Made by a program: the position numbers and the translations under genes. This document shows, in pieces, positions 63,136 to 64,000 of a stretch of DNA of 64,000 nt; the stretch's first letter is position 1, and every line of letters starts with the position of its first letter. The notes under the pieces were generated by a model. The model had not been told where the DNA came from. It made no database searches and saw only the letters and a program-made list of their open reading frames with translations. Source of the stretch: Octopus bimaculoides (lineage: Eukaryota); the NCBI RefSeq assembly GCF_001194135.2, contig NC_068993.1, positions 63,388,935 to 63,452,934 of the forward strand, read 5' to 3'.

Positions 63136-64000
63136 CTGTTGAAAAAAAAAAAGAAATAAAGAAATAAAGAAATATTAAAAAAAAAATTTTTAATAGAATA
63201 AATAAAAATTAAAGAAAGTAACTAAAATATACTTATCATCAATGCTTGTTATATAATTGTATCAAGCTAACACTTTAATTTTTGATACTCACATAACTTC
63301 CATTTGTTGTGTGGAAAGTATCATTGAATTATTTCATTTCCAGACAATTTTGTTGTGGACGTGCAATGATCGAAAGTGCTGGACAACAACTGACCTTCTT
63401 ACAGACATTATCCTGTATCTCAGGTTATTCAGCTGAGTTGTTAGCAACAGGAAGGGCATCCCAGCTGTAAAAAACAAAAGCTTCCAGCATAACCCCCCTC
63501 CCTCTCTCGTATAAACAAGCAAAGGAAAATGTAACAGAAGAATCAAACTGTATTTCACTTAAATGTCAACATAAACAAAGAGGAGACAATCTAGAAGAAA
63601 TACCTTAGAACCATGTCTCACCACCAGATGTCTCTGTGTATGTCTACATGTAACATATGCCTATGAATGTCTCTGTGCAGCATATGGCTATATACAGTGG
63701 AATCTTGTCTTATGAATTTAATTCATTCCAAAGAAAACCACTTTTTTTCATAGGAAATTCAAGCAGTGACATGCACTGAGTGGGAAGTTAGACGCCATCA
63801 GATGCTGATGCCTTTGAGACTCCCAGTTTGTTGCCAACGGTCGTTGCCAGCTTGTGGGTTTGTTACTCAAGGCATTGTTCATCACCAGAGATGTTTTATC
63901 TTCCAAAAATTGTTCATAAACTGATTTGTTTATGAACCAAAGTTCCATTGTGTATGTCTATGTAACATAATGTCTGGATGTATCTGCTTTGATCAGGGGG

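Noticed and set aside
63748-63948. 66-aa minus-strand ORF as a possible next sarcoglycan exon
   Set aside because: No sarcoglycan motifs or splice signals; only a faint resemblance to a pogo-type transposase segment, too weak to call.

Overview
Repeat-rich, AT-rich animal genomic DNA from a gapped scaffold. It is most likely an octopod cephalopod (Octopus-like), inferred from the SINE/RTE repeat families and the microsatellite load. There are two protein-coding genes. (1) A complete + strand KLHL8 orthologue (BTB-BACK-Kelch Cullin-3 adaptor, about 718 aa): 7 well-supported coding exons at 23806-43846, plus a probable 14-nt terminal coding exon at 50509-50522 or read-through to a stop at 43860. 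(2) The last coding exon of a delta/gamma/zeta-type sarcoglycan on the - strand (62956-63135), convergent with KLHL8 and missing from the ORF track. The rest is intron or intergenic DNA packed with tRNA-derived SINEs of at least four families, RTE-type LINE fragments (including a young 3' end family), a deleted mariner, piggyBac-, Tc1/pogo- and Helentron-type non-autonomous elements, and microsatellites. The most unusual signal is two unrelated near-perfect palindromes (19121-19271 and 58367-58624) in TA-rich sites. In both, the arms carry a minimal hammerhead-ribozyme-like motif of the kind known from Penelope-like elements, and the symmetry axis lies just 5' of the catalytic core. A third degenerate hammerhead-like motif is at about 33.85 kb and a Penelope GIY-YIG-like remnant at about 60.5 kb. 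Family assignments come from recalled consensus motifs, not database searches.
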